Position numbers and translations under genes: made by a program. Below the pieces are notes generated by a model. That model saw only the letters and a list, made by a program, of their open reading frames with translations. It was not told the origin of the DNA and did not search any database. From Eledone cirrhosa (Eukaryota), in the NCBI GenBank assembly GCA_964016885.1, contig OZ024742.1, positions 318,742,001 to 318,806,000 on the forward strand: a DNA stretch of 64,000 nucleotides, given 5' to 3'. Position 1 is the first letter of the stretch. Every line of letters begins with the position of its first letter. Positions 1-13,959 of this stretch are shown in pieces.

Positions 1-179
1 TCTAGTGCGGGATAAAATGTATCCAGTATACACTGTAAATCTGTTAACATTTATTTATGGAATACATCATGCAAATACAGTTTATTAGAAAAAGAAAAAC
101 AAAGAAAATTTAGATTGAGAAGAATGGAATGTAAAATGGGAAAATATAGAGAAAAAAGAGGAAAAACGGAAAAGGGAGG

Positions 180-657
180 GAATGGCAAAAACTCTAGTAT
201 CACAGAAAAATGGGGAGGGGGAGGATGATTGGGGTCTGGGCCTAGGGCGCGACGGTGTTGGAGCTGCGTCTCGTGGGCAAGACCACAAAACCATTCCCGT
301 AGACAATGGCCAGCGACACCTGCTGCAACAGCCACCCCACCTCGCGGGGGCTCTTTCCTCAGATAGGCTGCTGATGTTCCGATCTTGCAGAGGAGCTCAA
401 CTGTACAGGATTCAAATATGAGGTGTCAACAGCGGTGTGAAGAGGAAGTGGCTGACAATCCCCAGTATTTGTTTATCTTCCTTTCCCCTGCAAGGTGGGC
501 TGCAGTTCCAGGGTTGGTGGCCGAAGTGACTAAGTTGGAGGCAGAGAACATGTCACAGCATGTCGTATCCCAGTTGAAGGATCGACATTCTTCAAATGGG
601 AAGAGAGTGATTCATCGGGACACTTGCCGTCTCCGCGGTCAAGGCCTGCTGGCCCCA
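180..657 (-). mobile_element. Decayed 3' fragment of a CRE-clade-like non-LTR retrotransposon (restriction-like endonuclease domain)
   Basis: The minus strand reads PAGLDRGDGKCPD/ITLFPFEECRSFNWDTTCCDMFSASNLVTSATNPGTAAHLAGERKINKY across a frameshift. This resembles the RPDG..PW...L.WD.T..DT...AA..AE.RK..KY restriction-like endonuclease pattern. A homologous copy in the opposite orientation lies at 11413-11765. Confidence 0.7.
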
Positions 658-712
658 GTTGTAAATTGTTAGTGCTTGTTCCATGATAAAGTGAACTCAG
701 TACACACTTTAA

Positions 713-907
713 TCCTTTAGCATTTCAACTGGCTGTATCCAGCCAGAATTCTAATTCTGTTCAAACTAGCCGTAACTGGCCGCTGATACTGACTAAGGTA
801 TTGTACTCAAAATAGTATCATCGAAATCTCGGAGCTTCGATATTATGTGAGTAAAGCCTTTACTGTGAAAATACAATAGTTAACAGAGTAATGTAAATAC
901 CAAAGGG
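713..907 (+). mobile_element. piggyBac-type MITE (TTAA family 1), decayed
   Basis: TTAA on both sides (709-712, 908-911); termini tcctttagcattt...aaataccaaaggg; body similar to the other family-1 copies. Confidence 0.75.
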
Positions 908-954
908 TTAAAGAAGTAATGAATGTCATGATGAAATGCACTCACTACATTCTA

Positions 955-1115
955 TAAAGTGGTAATCATTAAGGAAGGACACCCAGCTGTAGAAACCATG
1001 CTAAAAAATAGAACATACAAGTAAGACATAGTTAATTGACCATGACTAGATCTGGACTGTGATGATCCATGAAACTCATGTGTCAGCATAGAAAATGGGT
1101 GTAAAATGATGATTA
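955..1115 (+). mobile_element. 3' fragment of an RTE-related SINE-like element
   Basis: Contains the aggaagg(g)ca(t)ccagctgtagaaa motif and ends ...agcatagaaaatgggtgtaaaatgatgat, like the other RTE-type tails in the window. Confidence 0.6.
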
Positions 1116-1287
1116 CACATACGTGTGTGTGCACATACACACATTTCTTATTTTTAGTGACTTAAAACTGCAAATTTCGCCAAAGTTACCAGCTTTTCAA
1201 AACAGTCATGTTATGTTGACCCTGTACACAGTACAGGAGTCCTGCATCCAGTGCATGTTTTGTGTGTTAATTACACAAACCTATGAA

Positions 1288-1864
1288 ACATATATATATG
1301 TACATATATATACGTACATATATATATGTACATATATATACGTACACATATACACGTACATATATATATGTACATATATATATGTACATATATATACGTA
1401 CACATATATACGTACACACATACGTATATACGTACACACATACGAATATACGTACACACATACGTGTATACGTACACACATACGTATATACATACGTATA
1501 TACATACGTACACACATACGTACACACATACGTATATACGTACACACATACGTATATACGTACACACATGTACATATAGATACGTATATACGTACACATA
1601 TATGTACTTATACATACGCATATACGTACACATATGTACATATACATACGCATATACGTACATATACATACGCATATACGTACATATACATACGCATATA
1701 CGTACATATACATACGCATATACGTACATATACATACGCATATACGTACATATACATACGCATATACGTACATATACATACGCATATACGTACATATACA
1801 TACGCATATACGTACATATACATACGTATATACGTACATATACATACTTATATACGTACATATA
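1288..1864. repeat. Compound microsatellite/minisatellite containing TACG (e.g. catatacgtacatatacatacg units)
   Basis: Directly visible tandem units. Confidence 0.95.
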
Positions 1865-2471
1865 GTGGCTGCCAACTCGTTTTCGAGTACGGCCACTACT
1901 TTATATCCATGTAGGAGAACTCCTACCGATGCGCTGAACAAGTGTGACTTTTTAGTCCAGCCAGCGACTTGAAAACTCTGGTACAAACACTACACTTGTG
2001 ACAATTATTGACACATAGTGCTGGGCCCATGGTACCATGTGACGACAAGTGCAGAGAGATCTCCAGATATAAAGCAATACCTGTGCCGTGAAGCTTTTAT
2101 AGTGAGCAAAGGCACTGCACAAAGCCAGCCCCACTCTCTTAACCAAGATGATATTTACCAAAAAGAAGAACAAGTCAACATCATTGGATACCATCAGGGT
2201 TGCAGGTGTTATATCAGAGTTTTCCTTCTCCTAGAATTCTGCCTTGACAAAGGCTAAGGGGTCATCTCTCCCGGTGATTTTGGATGGCCATTGACTCTTA
2301 CGAGCTCCTTTGCCCTTTGACAGGTTTTGTTTTTAGTCCTGCAGGATGTCCAAAGTCACCCTCCTCACCAAGAAACCTTGGTGGGGTTGCCAGTTTAGTC
2401 ACCAACGACCTGACCGTGAGACAGGTTGTACTGGGATACATGTTACCAGTAGCACCAACTGGTGACCTGAC
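1865..2471 (-). mobile_element. 607-bp non-autonomous RTE-like element, copy 1
   Basis: Nearly identical end-to-end to 55056-55662. The minus strand has ctaggagaaggaaaactctga (recalled as an RTE 5'-UTR-like motif) and a [16 protein letters not shown] zinc-finger remnant near the 3' end. Confidence 0.7.
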
Positions 2472-2582
2472 ATACATACATATACATACGTATATACATA
2501 CATATATATATATATATACATATACATACGTATATACATACATACATACATATACATATACATACGTATATACATACATATA

Positions 2583-2618
<36 letters not shown>

Positions 2619-3920
2619 TATATACATACATACATACATATATATATATATACATATACATACGTATATACATACATACATACATATATATATATACATA
2701 CATACACATACATATATATATATACATACATACACATACATATATATATATACATACATACACATACATATATATATATACATACATACACATACATATA
2801 TATATATACATACATACACATACATATATATATATATACATACATACACATACATATATATATATATACATACATACACATACATATATATATATACATA
2901 CATACACATACATATATATATATATATACATACATACATACACATATATATATATACATACATACATACATACACATATATATATATATACATACATACA
3001 TACACATATATATATATATACATACATACACATACATATATATATACATACATACATACATAATATATATATATACATACATACATACATATATATATAT
3101 ATATACATACATACATACATATATATATATACATACATACACATACATATATACATACATACACATACATATATACATACATACACATACACATACATAT
3201 ATACATACATACACATACATATATATATATATATACATACATACACATACATATATATACATACATACACATACATATATATACATACATACACATACAT
3301 ATATATACATACAATACATACATATATATATATATACACATACATATATATATATACATACATACACATACATATACATACATACACATACATACATACT
3401 ACATACATATATATATACATACATACACATACATATATATATATATACATACATACACATACATATATACATACATACACATACATATATATATATATAT
3501 ACATACATACACACACATATATATATATATATACATACATACACACACATATATATATATATATACATACATACACACACATATATATATATATATAACA
3601 TACATACACACACATATATATATATATACATACATACACACACACATATATATATATACATACATACATACATACATATATATATATATATACATACATA
3701 CACACATATATATATATATACATACATACACACATATATATACATACATACACATACATATATATATATACATACATATATATATATATATATACATACA
3801 TATATATATATATATATACATACATACATATATATATATACATACATATATATATATATATACATACATACATACACATACATATATATACATACATACA
3901 CATACATATATACATACATA

Positions 3921-3970
<50 letters not shown>

Positions 3971-4344
3971 CATACATACATATATATATACATACATACA
4001 TACATACATATATACATACATACATACATACATATATACATACATACATACATATATATATACATACATATATATATATATACATACATATATATATATA
4101 TACATACATATATATATACATACATACATACATATACATACATACATACATACATATATATATACATACATATACATACATACATACACATACATATATA
4201 TATATATATACATACATACATACATATATATACATACATACATATATATACATACATACATACCTATATATATATACATACATACATATATATACATACA
4301 TACATACCTATATATATATACATACATACATATATATACATACA

Positions 4345-4378
<34 letters not shown>

Positions 4379-4672
4379 CATACATACATACATACATATA
4401 TACATACATACATACATATATATATACATACATACATACATATATATATACATACATACATACATACATATATACATACATACATACATATATATATACA
4501 TACATACATACATACATATATATATACATACATACATACATATATATATACATACATACATACATATATATATACATACATACATACATATATATATACA
4601 TACATACATACATATATATATACATACATACATACATATATACATACATACATACATACATATATACATACA

Positions 4673-4706
<34 letters not shown>

Positions 4707-4908
4707 CATACATACATACATACATATATACATACATACATATATACATACATACATATATACATACATACATATATATATATACATACATATATATATA
4801 TACATACATATATACATACATACATACATATACATATATATATACATACATATATATATATACATACATACATATATATATACATACATATATATATATA
4901 CATACATA

Positions 4909-4940
<32 letters not shown>

Positions 4941-5107
4941 CATATATATATATACATACATATATATATATATATATACATACATATATATATATATACA
5001 TACATATATATATATACATACATATATATATATACATACATATATATATATATACATACATATATATATATATACATACATATATATATACATACATATA
5101 TATATAC

Positions 5108-5138
<31 letters not shown>

Positions 5139-5439
5139 CATACATATATATATATACATACATATATATATATACATACATATATATATATACATACATA
5201 TATATATATACATACATATATATATATACATACATTTATATATATACATACATATACATATATATACATACATACATATATATACATACATACATATATA
5301 TACATACATACATATATATATACATACATACATATATATACATACATACATATATATACATACATACATATATATACATACATACATATATATACATACA
5401 TACATATACATACATATACATACATATATATATATATAC

Positions 5440-5473
<34 letters not shown>

Positions 5474-5497
5474 ACATACATACATATACATACATAC

Positions 5498-5533
<36 letters not shown>

Positions 5534-5713
5534 ACATATACATATATACATACATATACATACATACATATACATACATACATATATATACATACATACA
5601 TATACACACATACATATACATACATACATATACACACATACATATACATACATATATATATATACATATATATATACACATATACATATATATACACATA
5701 TACATATATATAC

Positions 5714-5746
<33 letters not shown>

Positions 5747-5836
5747 CATACATATATATATATACATACATATATATATATACATACATATATATATACA
5801 TACATATATATATACATACATATATACATACATACA

Positions 5837-5868
<32 letters not shown>

Positions 5869-6026
5869 ATATATATACATATACATACATACATATACAT
5901 ATATAATATATATACATATACATACATACATATACATATATATATATAATATATATACATATACATACATACATATACATATATACATATACACACATAC
6001 ATATACATATATATCTATATATACAC
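2472..6026. repeat. (TACA/TA/CA)n compound microsatellite, ~3.5 kb
   Basis: Directly visible; source of the artefactual Y/I/M/C ORFs. Confidence 0.98.
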
Positions 6027-6202
6027 ATGCAACAGAGAGTATATAAATTGACAGAAATCATTAAATGTCTAAGTAACAAAGTATAACAAAACAAGACTGT
6101 TATTTTAGCTAATTTACAAACCTCACATAGAACAGTCTGGTGTGAGTGCAGGGAGGTTATGTTTGTATATTCTCCCCTTTCCTAGCAACCACATAGGCTT
6201 AA

Positions 6203-6409
6203 CCCTTTAACATTTAAACTGGCTGTATCCGGTCAGAACTCCCTCACCTCTTCTGTTCAAACTGGCTGTAACTGGCCACTCATACTAATGTTAAGGTATT
6301 GTTCTCAAAATAAATAATATCAAAACCTCGTAGATTTGATATTATGTGAGATAAAGTGTTTACCGTGAAAATACAATAGTATATATAGTGTAATGTAAAT
6401 GTTAAAGGG
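6203..6409 (+). mobile_element. piggyBac-type MITE (TTAA family 1)
   Basis: Perfect 14-bp terminal inverted repeat (TIR) CCCTTTAACATTTA/TAAATGTTAAAGGG, with TTAA target duplication at 6199-6202 and 6410-6413. Confidence 0.9.
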
Positions 6410-6843
6410 TTAAAATAGTTGCTTAACCCTTTTCAACAATGTTTTTAATGTAATGTTATACATGTGTTTCAATCAAGTTTTTAAATAATCAATTTGGAGT
6501 AATTTGGTAAGATAAATAAGTCTGGTAAGATAGGAAAAGTATTGAACAATTAAAAATAAAATGAAAATTAAACCAGAATCCAAATAGTGTAGTATATAAT
6601 ACAAATTAAAAAAGGGAAGAAGTTAATTTTCTAGATCAAAGAAACTGTCTATTAGATTTTCTATTGCTGATACTATCTGTCAGTCATAACTTCTAGCATC
6701 ACCACTTTTTCAGAGGTAGAATAGATACCAAAAAGTATCCAGTCCAACATTTCTATAATGTCATCAATCTTCTGCCCTTGGCAGGATTTGAAGTCAGAGT
6801 GTAAAGAATTGGAACAAATACTGCAAGTTATTTAACCCAACAC

Positions 6844-8035
6844 CAGAGGTTCTTAAACTTCTGAGGCCACTGCCCCCTCAGGGCCACTTAATACCCTCCA
6901 GCGCCCCACAACTTTATTTACAGAGAGACTTGCCTACATGCAAATTGTAAATAATATATGATAAATAAAATTGTTAATTTATATATAACTAGCAGAATGG
7001 CCCGGCGCTTCTCAGGATTCTAAACATAGATTGGCATGTTTATCCCTCCTTTCTGAAACAGTACAGAGAAGTATGGAATACCTCGGCCTGAGGATGGTGT
7101 CTACATTTTGTGCTTATAAAAAGAATTTGTCGTAGATTACCAGGGGGTTAACTTAATTGGGTGCCTGAGAGTAAAATGTTCAACCCATGAAAGCCAAGAT
7201 GATAGGGTTAAGTAAAAAGGCATTTGACAAACCGAACATGTATTTGTTGTGCTATGGTACAATGAAAGCAATAGTTACAGAGCAGTAAAGATGTGGGACT
7301 GCAATGGTGGAGTGCATGAAGGAATTTAGTTGGATACTTTTAAGGTTAAAGGCCCTAATGCAACCAAAATGCTAAACAATGCGGTCCTCGAGCAAAAATT
7401 TGAAATTTCTTTCAGTCAAGAAAATTTGTGAAACATAAGTAATGCATATGCAAAGTTAAAAAAAATTCAGTTGGGTACTTCTCGAGTTACAGGCCCTAAC
7501 GCAGCCAAAATGCTTTTAAAAAAAAATCGGTTTTTCACCTAATGCGGTCCCTGGGGCAAAAAATGAGAAAATATTTTTTGCTCAAAACACTTTAAACGAC
7601 ATAAGTAATGCCAATTTTGAAGAAATCGTCTGGATTATTGTTCCGTTATGCCTCAAAAAGACCTTTAAAGCCTAAAATATGCGGTTTTTCGCCTAATGCG
7701 GTCCCCAGGGCATTGGAAATTTGAAATATTCTTTGTTCAAAACACTCACACGACCATAAGTATTACATGTGTAAAGTTTGAAAACAATCGGTTGGGTGGT
7801 TCTCGAGTTTTACGGGGACAGACAGACATTCTCTATTTTAGATATATAGATAAATAATATAATATATACTATGTATAAATAAATATATTTTTTCTATTTT
7901 ACTATATTTATATATATGTATCATTTGATATTTAATATAAATTAACTCTACCCCACACCCCCTTAGACCTCAGCGACCCCTTGGACCTTCTCAATGCCCC
8001 CCCAGGAGCAGTAGCGCTTATTTTGAGGACTTCTG
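6844..8035. mobile_element. Decayed non-autonomous hAT-like element hosting a Helitron
   Basis: Ends CAGAGGTTCTTAAA and TTTGAGGACTTCTG form an imperfect CAG..CTG TIR, with GC-rich subterminal gcccc motifs. No recognisable target-site duplication (TSD). Confidence 0.55.
6989..7850 (-). mobile_element. Non-autonomous Helitron-like element
   Basis: The minus strand begins A|TCTATATATC and ends CTAG|T. A GC-rich degenerate hairpin (cccggcgcttctcagg) lies about 10 nt from the 3' end. It also has an ACAG microsatellite and internal repeats of (ct)aatgcggtcc. Confidence 0.75.
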
Positions 8036-8510
8036 CTCTGAACAGTCTGCCAATTAGCTGCCTCAAACACTAGAGCTATATTTTGCATAACCTTCCTTTT
8101 CCATTAGATCAAGCATTGACATTTTACTCATAATGACAAATGAAGTGAAACTGCAAGATATAATGAACTTGTGAATAAGGTTAATACTGCCAAATTAAAC
8201 ATTCAAAAGACTAACTGTCAGCAGATTTTGTGTCAGTTATTTTATCAAACAGTTTATTAAATGGTACAAGCCTTAGTTAAATGGAAGTCTTCTTATTTAA
8301 AGAGCAAGTTATAGAGATGTACTAAAAGTTATTCAACTCTCAAGTTGTTGTTAATCTTTCTAAAATTTACTTTATAACAAAATCATTTGGAAACCAGTTA
8401 CTAAGATAATATAAATTTCTTTTTCATTTTGACATATTTTCTGATCCAAAACCGAAATGATTCCCAGAAACACAGCTGATGATGATGATATATATATATA
8501 TATATACACA

Positions 8511-9201
8511 CATGCCGTTCACGTGTAACAGTAATATACGTGAACGGCAAAGCATAAACGAACTAAGGAAAAAATTAGAGATAAGAGGGATCAGATGTTG
8601 TTTACTCGAGAGAAGGCTACGTTGGTATGGACACGTGATGCGCATGAAAGTCGATAGCTGTATAACAAAGTGCAGGGCAATAAAGATAGACGGTAGCCAC
8701 GGAATAGGCAGACCTAGAAAAACCTGGGACGAGCTGATAAACTCCGACCTCACACACTTACACCTCTTCAAGACAATGTCACTGGACCGAGACCTTTAGC
8801 GGTACTCAGTAACAGAGAAGACCCGCCTTGCCAGTAGGCATCTCTAACAAAATACACCCCGTCCCGCCACCACCCCCACCCCATCCACACCACCCCGTTC
8901 TATGTAAAGCTATGTTGGTGCCGCGCCATCCAGGCCGAAACAAATGAGATCGTGTAGGTGTCACGACAAAAAAACACACAGTCCACGCTGTAATGTGGCC
9001 GTGTAGGCAACACGGTAAAAACCTCCCACACCAACACTGTAAATGTGGTTGGTGTTAGGAAGGGCATCCAACTGTAGAAAACCTGCCAGACAGTCCTATG
9101 CGAGCAAGACAATCACTCTTGCTTCAAGTGGGACTACCCCCGTCCAAACCCATGCAAGCGTGGAACACGGACGTTAAACGTTGATGATGATGATGATGAT
9201 G
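8511..9201 (+). mobile_element. 5'-truncated RTE LINE copy (subfamily with long 3' UTR)
   Basis: Encodes [12 protein letters not shown]...GRPRKTW and ends cccatgcaagcgtggaacacggacgttaaacgt(tga)n. Confidence 0.88.
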
Positions 9202-9375
9202 ACATACATACACATGCACGCACACGCATGTATATATAAGGTGTCAAGTGCTGGTGCAATGATAAAATGCACCGAGTAGATTTAAAATGAGATAAGACAT
9301 ATAAAAGAAAACAAATATATACTTCAACACTCATAATTTAAAAGTAATGTAATAATAGCAAAGACTTAATAAAAT

Positions 9376-9720
9376 ATGGTTTAGTGGTTAGTGTTGGACT
9401 AACAACTGTGAGGTTATGAGTTCAACTTTTAGGTCAGGTGACATGCTGTGGCTATGAGTATGACACTTTACTTCATGTTGCTCCAGTTGACCGAGCTGGA
9501 TGAATGAGTTGTGACATCACTGGTACCAAGCTGTATCAGCCGTTGGCTTTCTTTTCCCTTGGATAACATCAGTGGCACGGAGAGGGGTGATTGGCACACA
9601 TGGGTATCAGCTGGTCTTTCCCAAAATACATTGACTTGGTTTGTACCTCAGAGAAGCACCGTCTATGTGAAAACCCATGGTCAGCTGGAACTGAAGGGGG
9701 CCGGCCTCCTCTTCCAGTAG
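9376..9720 (+). mobile_element. Decayed tRNA-derived SINE (CORE/V-like body)
   Basis: A-box-like tggtttagtgg and B-box-like gagttcaa, followed by gacactttacttcatgttgctccag. A related copy lies at about 28575-28740. Confidence 0.55.
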
Positions 9721-10804
9721 AATATTATCTTCATATACTGAAATGTTTAGTGACATGGTTGCACAGGCATGTATCAAAAATATAAGTCAAATGCAAATAA
9801 CTTATTCTAAAAGGGACTTAATAAAATATCTGTATATTTTGAGATGTTTTATCCTTTTGGTTATTAAACTGCTTAAAATCACCCATAATTTCATAATCCA
9901 AAACCCTTTATTTTTAAGTGTTTATATTTATCTAAACACCTTACATCAGAATTTTATTTAAGAACCTTCAAGAACTTTACACTTGACTATTTTCAAAATT
10001 ATTTCTAAACTATAAGCAGTTATCTTTCATAGGAAATATGGTAACAAAATGATTAAATAGTAAAGAAATTAAAGAAAAACATAAAACCAAATCTATAAGC
10101 ATAAATTCTTGGTCAGAAGATTAGAAACTACCAATACTGGAATGAAGTAATAAAAATGTATAAAGAAGGAATAAACGATTTTCTGTTTATATTTAGGAAA
10201 TAAAAAAGAAAAATTAGATACAACCAATATTTGTTGTTATGTCTATGAATCATCTTTCAATTTCCTACAAATGGTCATCCCAAAAATTTAAACAAAACTA
10301 TGTGTTTTTGATTTACTATCTATGACAGCATCGGGGGTAATTTTGAATTTTTCCCACTGACCAACCACTGCCCAGGCTCTAAACACCCTGGGAATTGATG
10401 GAGCTTGCTGCCTAGTTCATATTCTGACTAATTTTTCGCCTTCAGTTTTAGGCGAATCATGCAACATCAGAGGCTGTGTTCAATTTTTTTAACAAGTTTC
10501 AATTCTACCTTTGATGCTGTCGCAGGCTTAACAGCTATGAATCAGTCTACAGTTTCTGACGTGAATACTTTGTTAGTTACAGCACAGCATGTGTTCATCT
10601 TTTTACTGTTTTGCCTCAGCTAGCAAAAGCAGTAAACACATTCAATAATTACCAGTCATGTGGAACGATGATGAAATCAATGGCAGCATAACAGTATCAC
10701 CATCTCTTACGTAAGATGAAACAGGATGGTTCATGGAGAGGAAATATGTCAAATGTGCAATTGATATCTCTTTACAGAAAATCAATGAATAATAGAAAGG
10801 GGTC

Positions 10805-11175
10805 CTCATCATTTTGTGCCTACTTTCCATCTTGGGATGGGTTGGATGAGTTGTTTCCCTCTGAGACCTGATGGGTTGAAGAACCACATTTTGCTCATAT
10901 GTTCTATATTTGGCATGGATGTCCTTTCTAATGCCAACCACTTTACAGCGCATACAGGTGCATTTTGTTGTGGTACCAGCATTACCACTTTACAGAGTGT
11001 ACTGGGTGCATTTTCTTATGGTACCAGCATTACCACTTTACAGAGTGTACTGGGTGCATTTTGTTATGGCACCACTGAGGTTATCATGTACTCTTTATAT
11101 TGTCTCTGTTCGATCACCAAACACTTTACAGATTGTACTGGGTGTATTTTATTATGGCACCAACACTTGTGAGGT
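10805..11175 (-). mobile_element. RTE-related 3' module with tandem cactttacag...ctgggtgc units
   Basis: Reverse complement of the ggatgcccttcc/accactttacag module; about 4 units of ~46-48 bp. Confidence 0.6.
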
Positions 11176-11412
11176 TATCAGGATATTGACAAGGCCAGAT
11201 GTTCCTCTTTACTCCTATCATATAAATGTATCAAAAAGATCCAAGATGAAACTAGAAAAGAGGCCAACTAAACCTACTAGTTTTATAGAAAATAAGGAAG
11301 AAGAAACAGTAATATTGCTAGAATTATGCTTGTAATTCTTGGTTTATGTAAATAGATTATGTCCTAGACAACATTTCTACACCAATAATTCTTCCTAACA
11401 ATGGAATAGTTT

Positions 11413-11765
11413 GTGACATGATCTCTGCCTTCAACTTAGTCACTTCGGCCACAAACCCTGGTACTGCAGCCTGCAATGCTGAGGAAAGGAAGATAAATAC
11501 TGGGAATTGTTCAGCCTCTTCCTCTTCACACCAGTCGCCATCGAGACCTCAAGTGTACTTGGGTCCCATACTGCTGAATTCCTTTGCAAGATTGGAATGT
11601 CAGCAGCCTGTCTGAGGAAGGAGCCCCGCGAAGTGGGGTGGCCATTGTCCGCGGGAATGCTTTTGCGGTCTTGTCCGCAGCCCCAATACTGCCGCACCCT
11701 AAACCTAATGCCCACCCCCTCCCCCTTCTCATTCTTCTGTGACCCTAGAGTCCTTGCCTTTCCCT
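11413..11765 (+). mobile_element. Second CRE-like endonuclease remnant
   Basis: Reads ISAFNLVTSATNPGTAACNAEERKIN / FLFTPVAIETSSVLGSHTAEFLCKIG; homologous to 180-560. Confidence 0.7.
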
Positions 11766-12022
11766 TCCTTTTCCGTTTACATAACCACAAAAGTATCTTG
11801 AGTTTTTTTTACAATAATTTATTTTCTGCTTTTCTTTAACAGAAAATGGGTTTGTTAATTCAAATGTTTATGGTATCTTTAATGGTGGACAGATTGTAAA
11901 AATTTGCAATAATCAAAAATACAAACTTTAATTTTATTTTTAATGTGATTCAGTCATAGCGTTGTTTTGTACTTTTCAAGAATATCTTATTAATGTAATT
12001 TCATGTGGACATTAAAAGTTAA

Positions 12023-12246
12023 CCGTTTCATGACTGTATTTCTAATGAAACACTCAATTTCAATTAATTAATGAATTTTGAAGGATTTACTAAAATTATT
12101 AACAACTTCATAACTATAATAGTAATTTAACTCATGGTTCTCATAAAATTATGTTGGAAAATTTTAATTTAAATAGGAACTTTTTAAAATGAATGATTTT
12201 GTTTCATTGAACAAGAGCTGGTTTTGGGCAGTTTGGTATCAAAGGG
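12023..12246. mobile_element. piggyBac-type MITE (TTAA family 2)
   Basis: TTAA|CCGTTT...AAAGGG|TTAA; reverse-complement homolog of 29420-29848. Confidence 0.65.
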
Positions 12247-12683
12247 TTAAAGAAGTATTTTCCAATTCAATAACCCAGCAACACGTATTTTCCTAATCTA
12301 TCACCCAGCAACAAGTATCTTATTGTATTTTTTTTCTGTCAGGTGAATTCTTTATGTATTCAAATTTGATTTATTTTACACTCATGTACACCTACAATGA
12401 CATGAATAAAGGCAAAATATACAGAACATAAATATGTGCTTGAGCAGTAATAGGCGTTTTGCTGTTCTCACCTTTACTTGTTTCTCAATCCTGCCATCAA
12501 CAACTTACCATTCATTGGGAGCATATGGTAGTTCAAAAGTAAACAATCATCATCATTTAACGGTCACTGTTCCATACTAGCATGAGTTGGACTGATATAA
12601 ACCATATATTTTTGTCATCTTCTAATGTTATCATTCATTTCACCTTTCTACCGGCCCACTTTCTTCATTTTCTACAGATTTAA

Positions 12684-12879
12684 CCCTTTAGCATTTACAT
12701 TACTCTCTATTTTCACAATAAAGGCTTTATCTCACATAATATTGAATCTATGAGATTTTGATGTTATTTATTTTGAGAACAATACCTTAACATCAGTATG
12801 AGTGGCCAATTACAGCTGGGTTGAACAGAAAGAGTTGAGAGAGTTCTGGTCGGATACAGCCAGTTTAAATGCTAAAGGG
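12684..12879 (-). mobile_element. piggyBac-type MITE (TTAA family 1), reverse orientation
   Basis: TIR CCCTTTAGCATTTA/TAAATGCTAAAGGG with TTAA on both sides. Confidence 0.9.
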
Positions 12880-13250
12880 TTAAGTAAATGAAAGTACATC
12901 CTGAACAGCCCACTTTCAGCTGGCACATACACTATACAGACTCGCTTACTTGTGCACATATGCACAATCTGCTTGTACCTCACACATGCGAACAGCATTT
13001 TTATGTTGATCCCTTGGTCAACTTGCCATCTTGAGTGAGTTGGCCAAATTACAAACTCATATTAGTAATTTGGTACCAACATTCAATTTCCACTACCTGT
13101 TGACTCTACAACACTAAACATTTCCATCAACACGAGCATTTGCTTCACACATTCAATTGATTTTCTAAAATACTAAATCATATGTAGATTTTCTGTAAGA
13201 CATCTCTATACACTCAGAATATAAGGTTCATATCATTTCAGTTGGTGTTC

Positions 13251-13447
13251 AACCAGCCGTATCTGCCCGGAATTCTCTCATCTCTGTCTGTTGAAACTGG
13301 CCTCTCATACTGATGTTAGGGTATTGTTCTCAAAATAAATAATATCGAAATCTCATAGATTCGATATTATGTCAGATAATTATGTGAGATAAGTATAGAG
13401 TAAGATAATTATGTGAGTATATATAGAGTAATATAAATGCTAAAGGG
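13251..13447 (+). mobile_element. Family-1 MITE lacking its left TIR
   Basis: Body homology; right end taaatgctaaaggg|ttaa. Confidence 0.75.
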
Positions 13448-13959
13448 TTAACTGACTCTCCTACCTACTACTCTGATTCAGTATTAGTGAAAATGAAATC
13501 TAAAGTATGCAGATTTTATAGTGAAGTGTGAAACACAGCAAAAATCTAAAAAATGTTGAAGAAATTGTGGAAGAGCGAGTAGTATGATTAACTTATGGAA
13601 TGTACTTATTTAGGGGGTCTTAACTTTTGTTTAACCCTATCTCATCACCTTATTTGGAAGGTGCTTCAATCATGACTTACAAGAAAGGACTACATTTTTC
13701 AATGTGGATAGTGGAATCAATCTTTTGGTGGTAGACTTAATCTGTCACCCAATTTAAGACCCACCTGGCCTTTGGGTGCCTTGAATAGAGTACACTCTGT
13801 GGTAAACCTTCTAGCCAGGTCTTCAGTTTGTGGATACTTTCATCACTCCCAACAGTCTCAAACAGTGAAGAAAAAGAAAAGATGCTTGGTGGGACTGAAA
13901 AGAGTTTGGGGTACTACATTTCTGTTGCTGATCAACAGAAAAGTTGTACTGATGTCATG

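Noticed and set aside
2340-2471. HDV-like or twister ribozyme at the 5' end of the 607-bp element
   Set aside because: The region is well paired, but I could not fit the P1/P1.1/P2/P3 order or the twister consensus by eye.
10448-10623. Possible host exon (~56 open codons after ttag)
   Set aside because: No recognisable protein motif or clear donor site, and the length is within chance.
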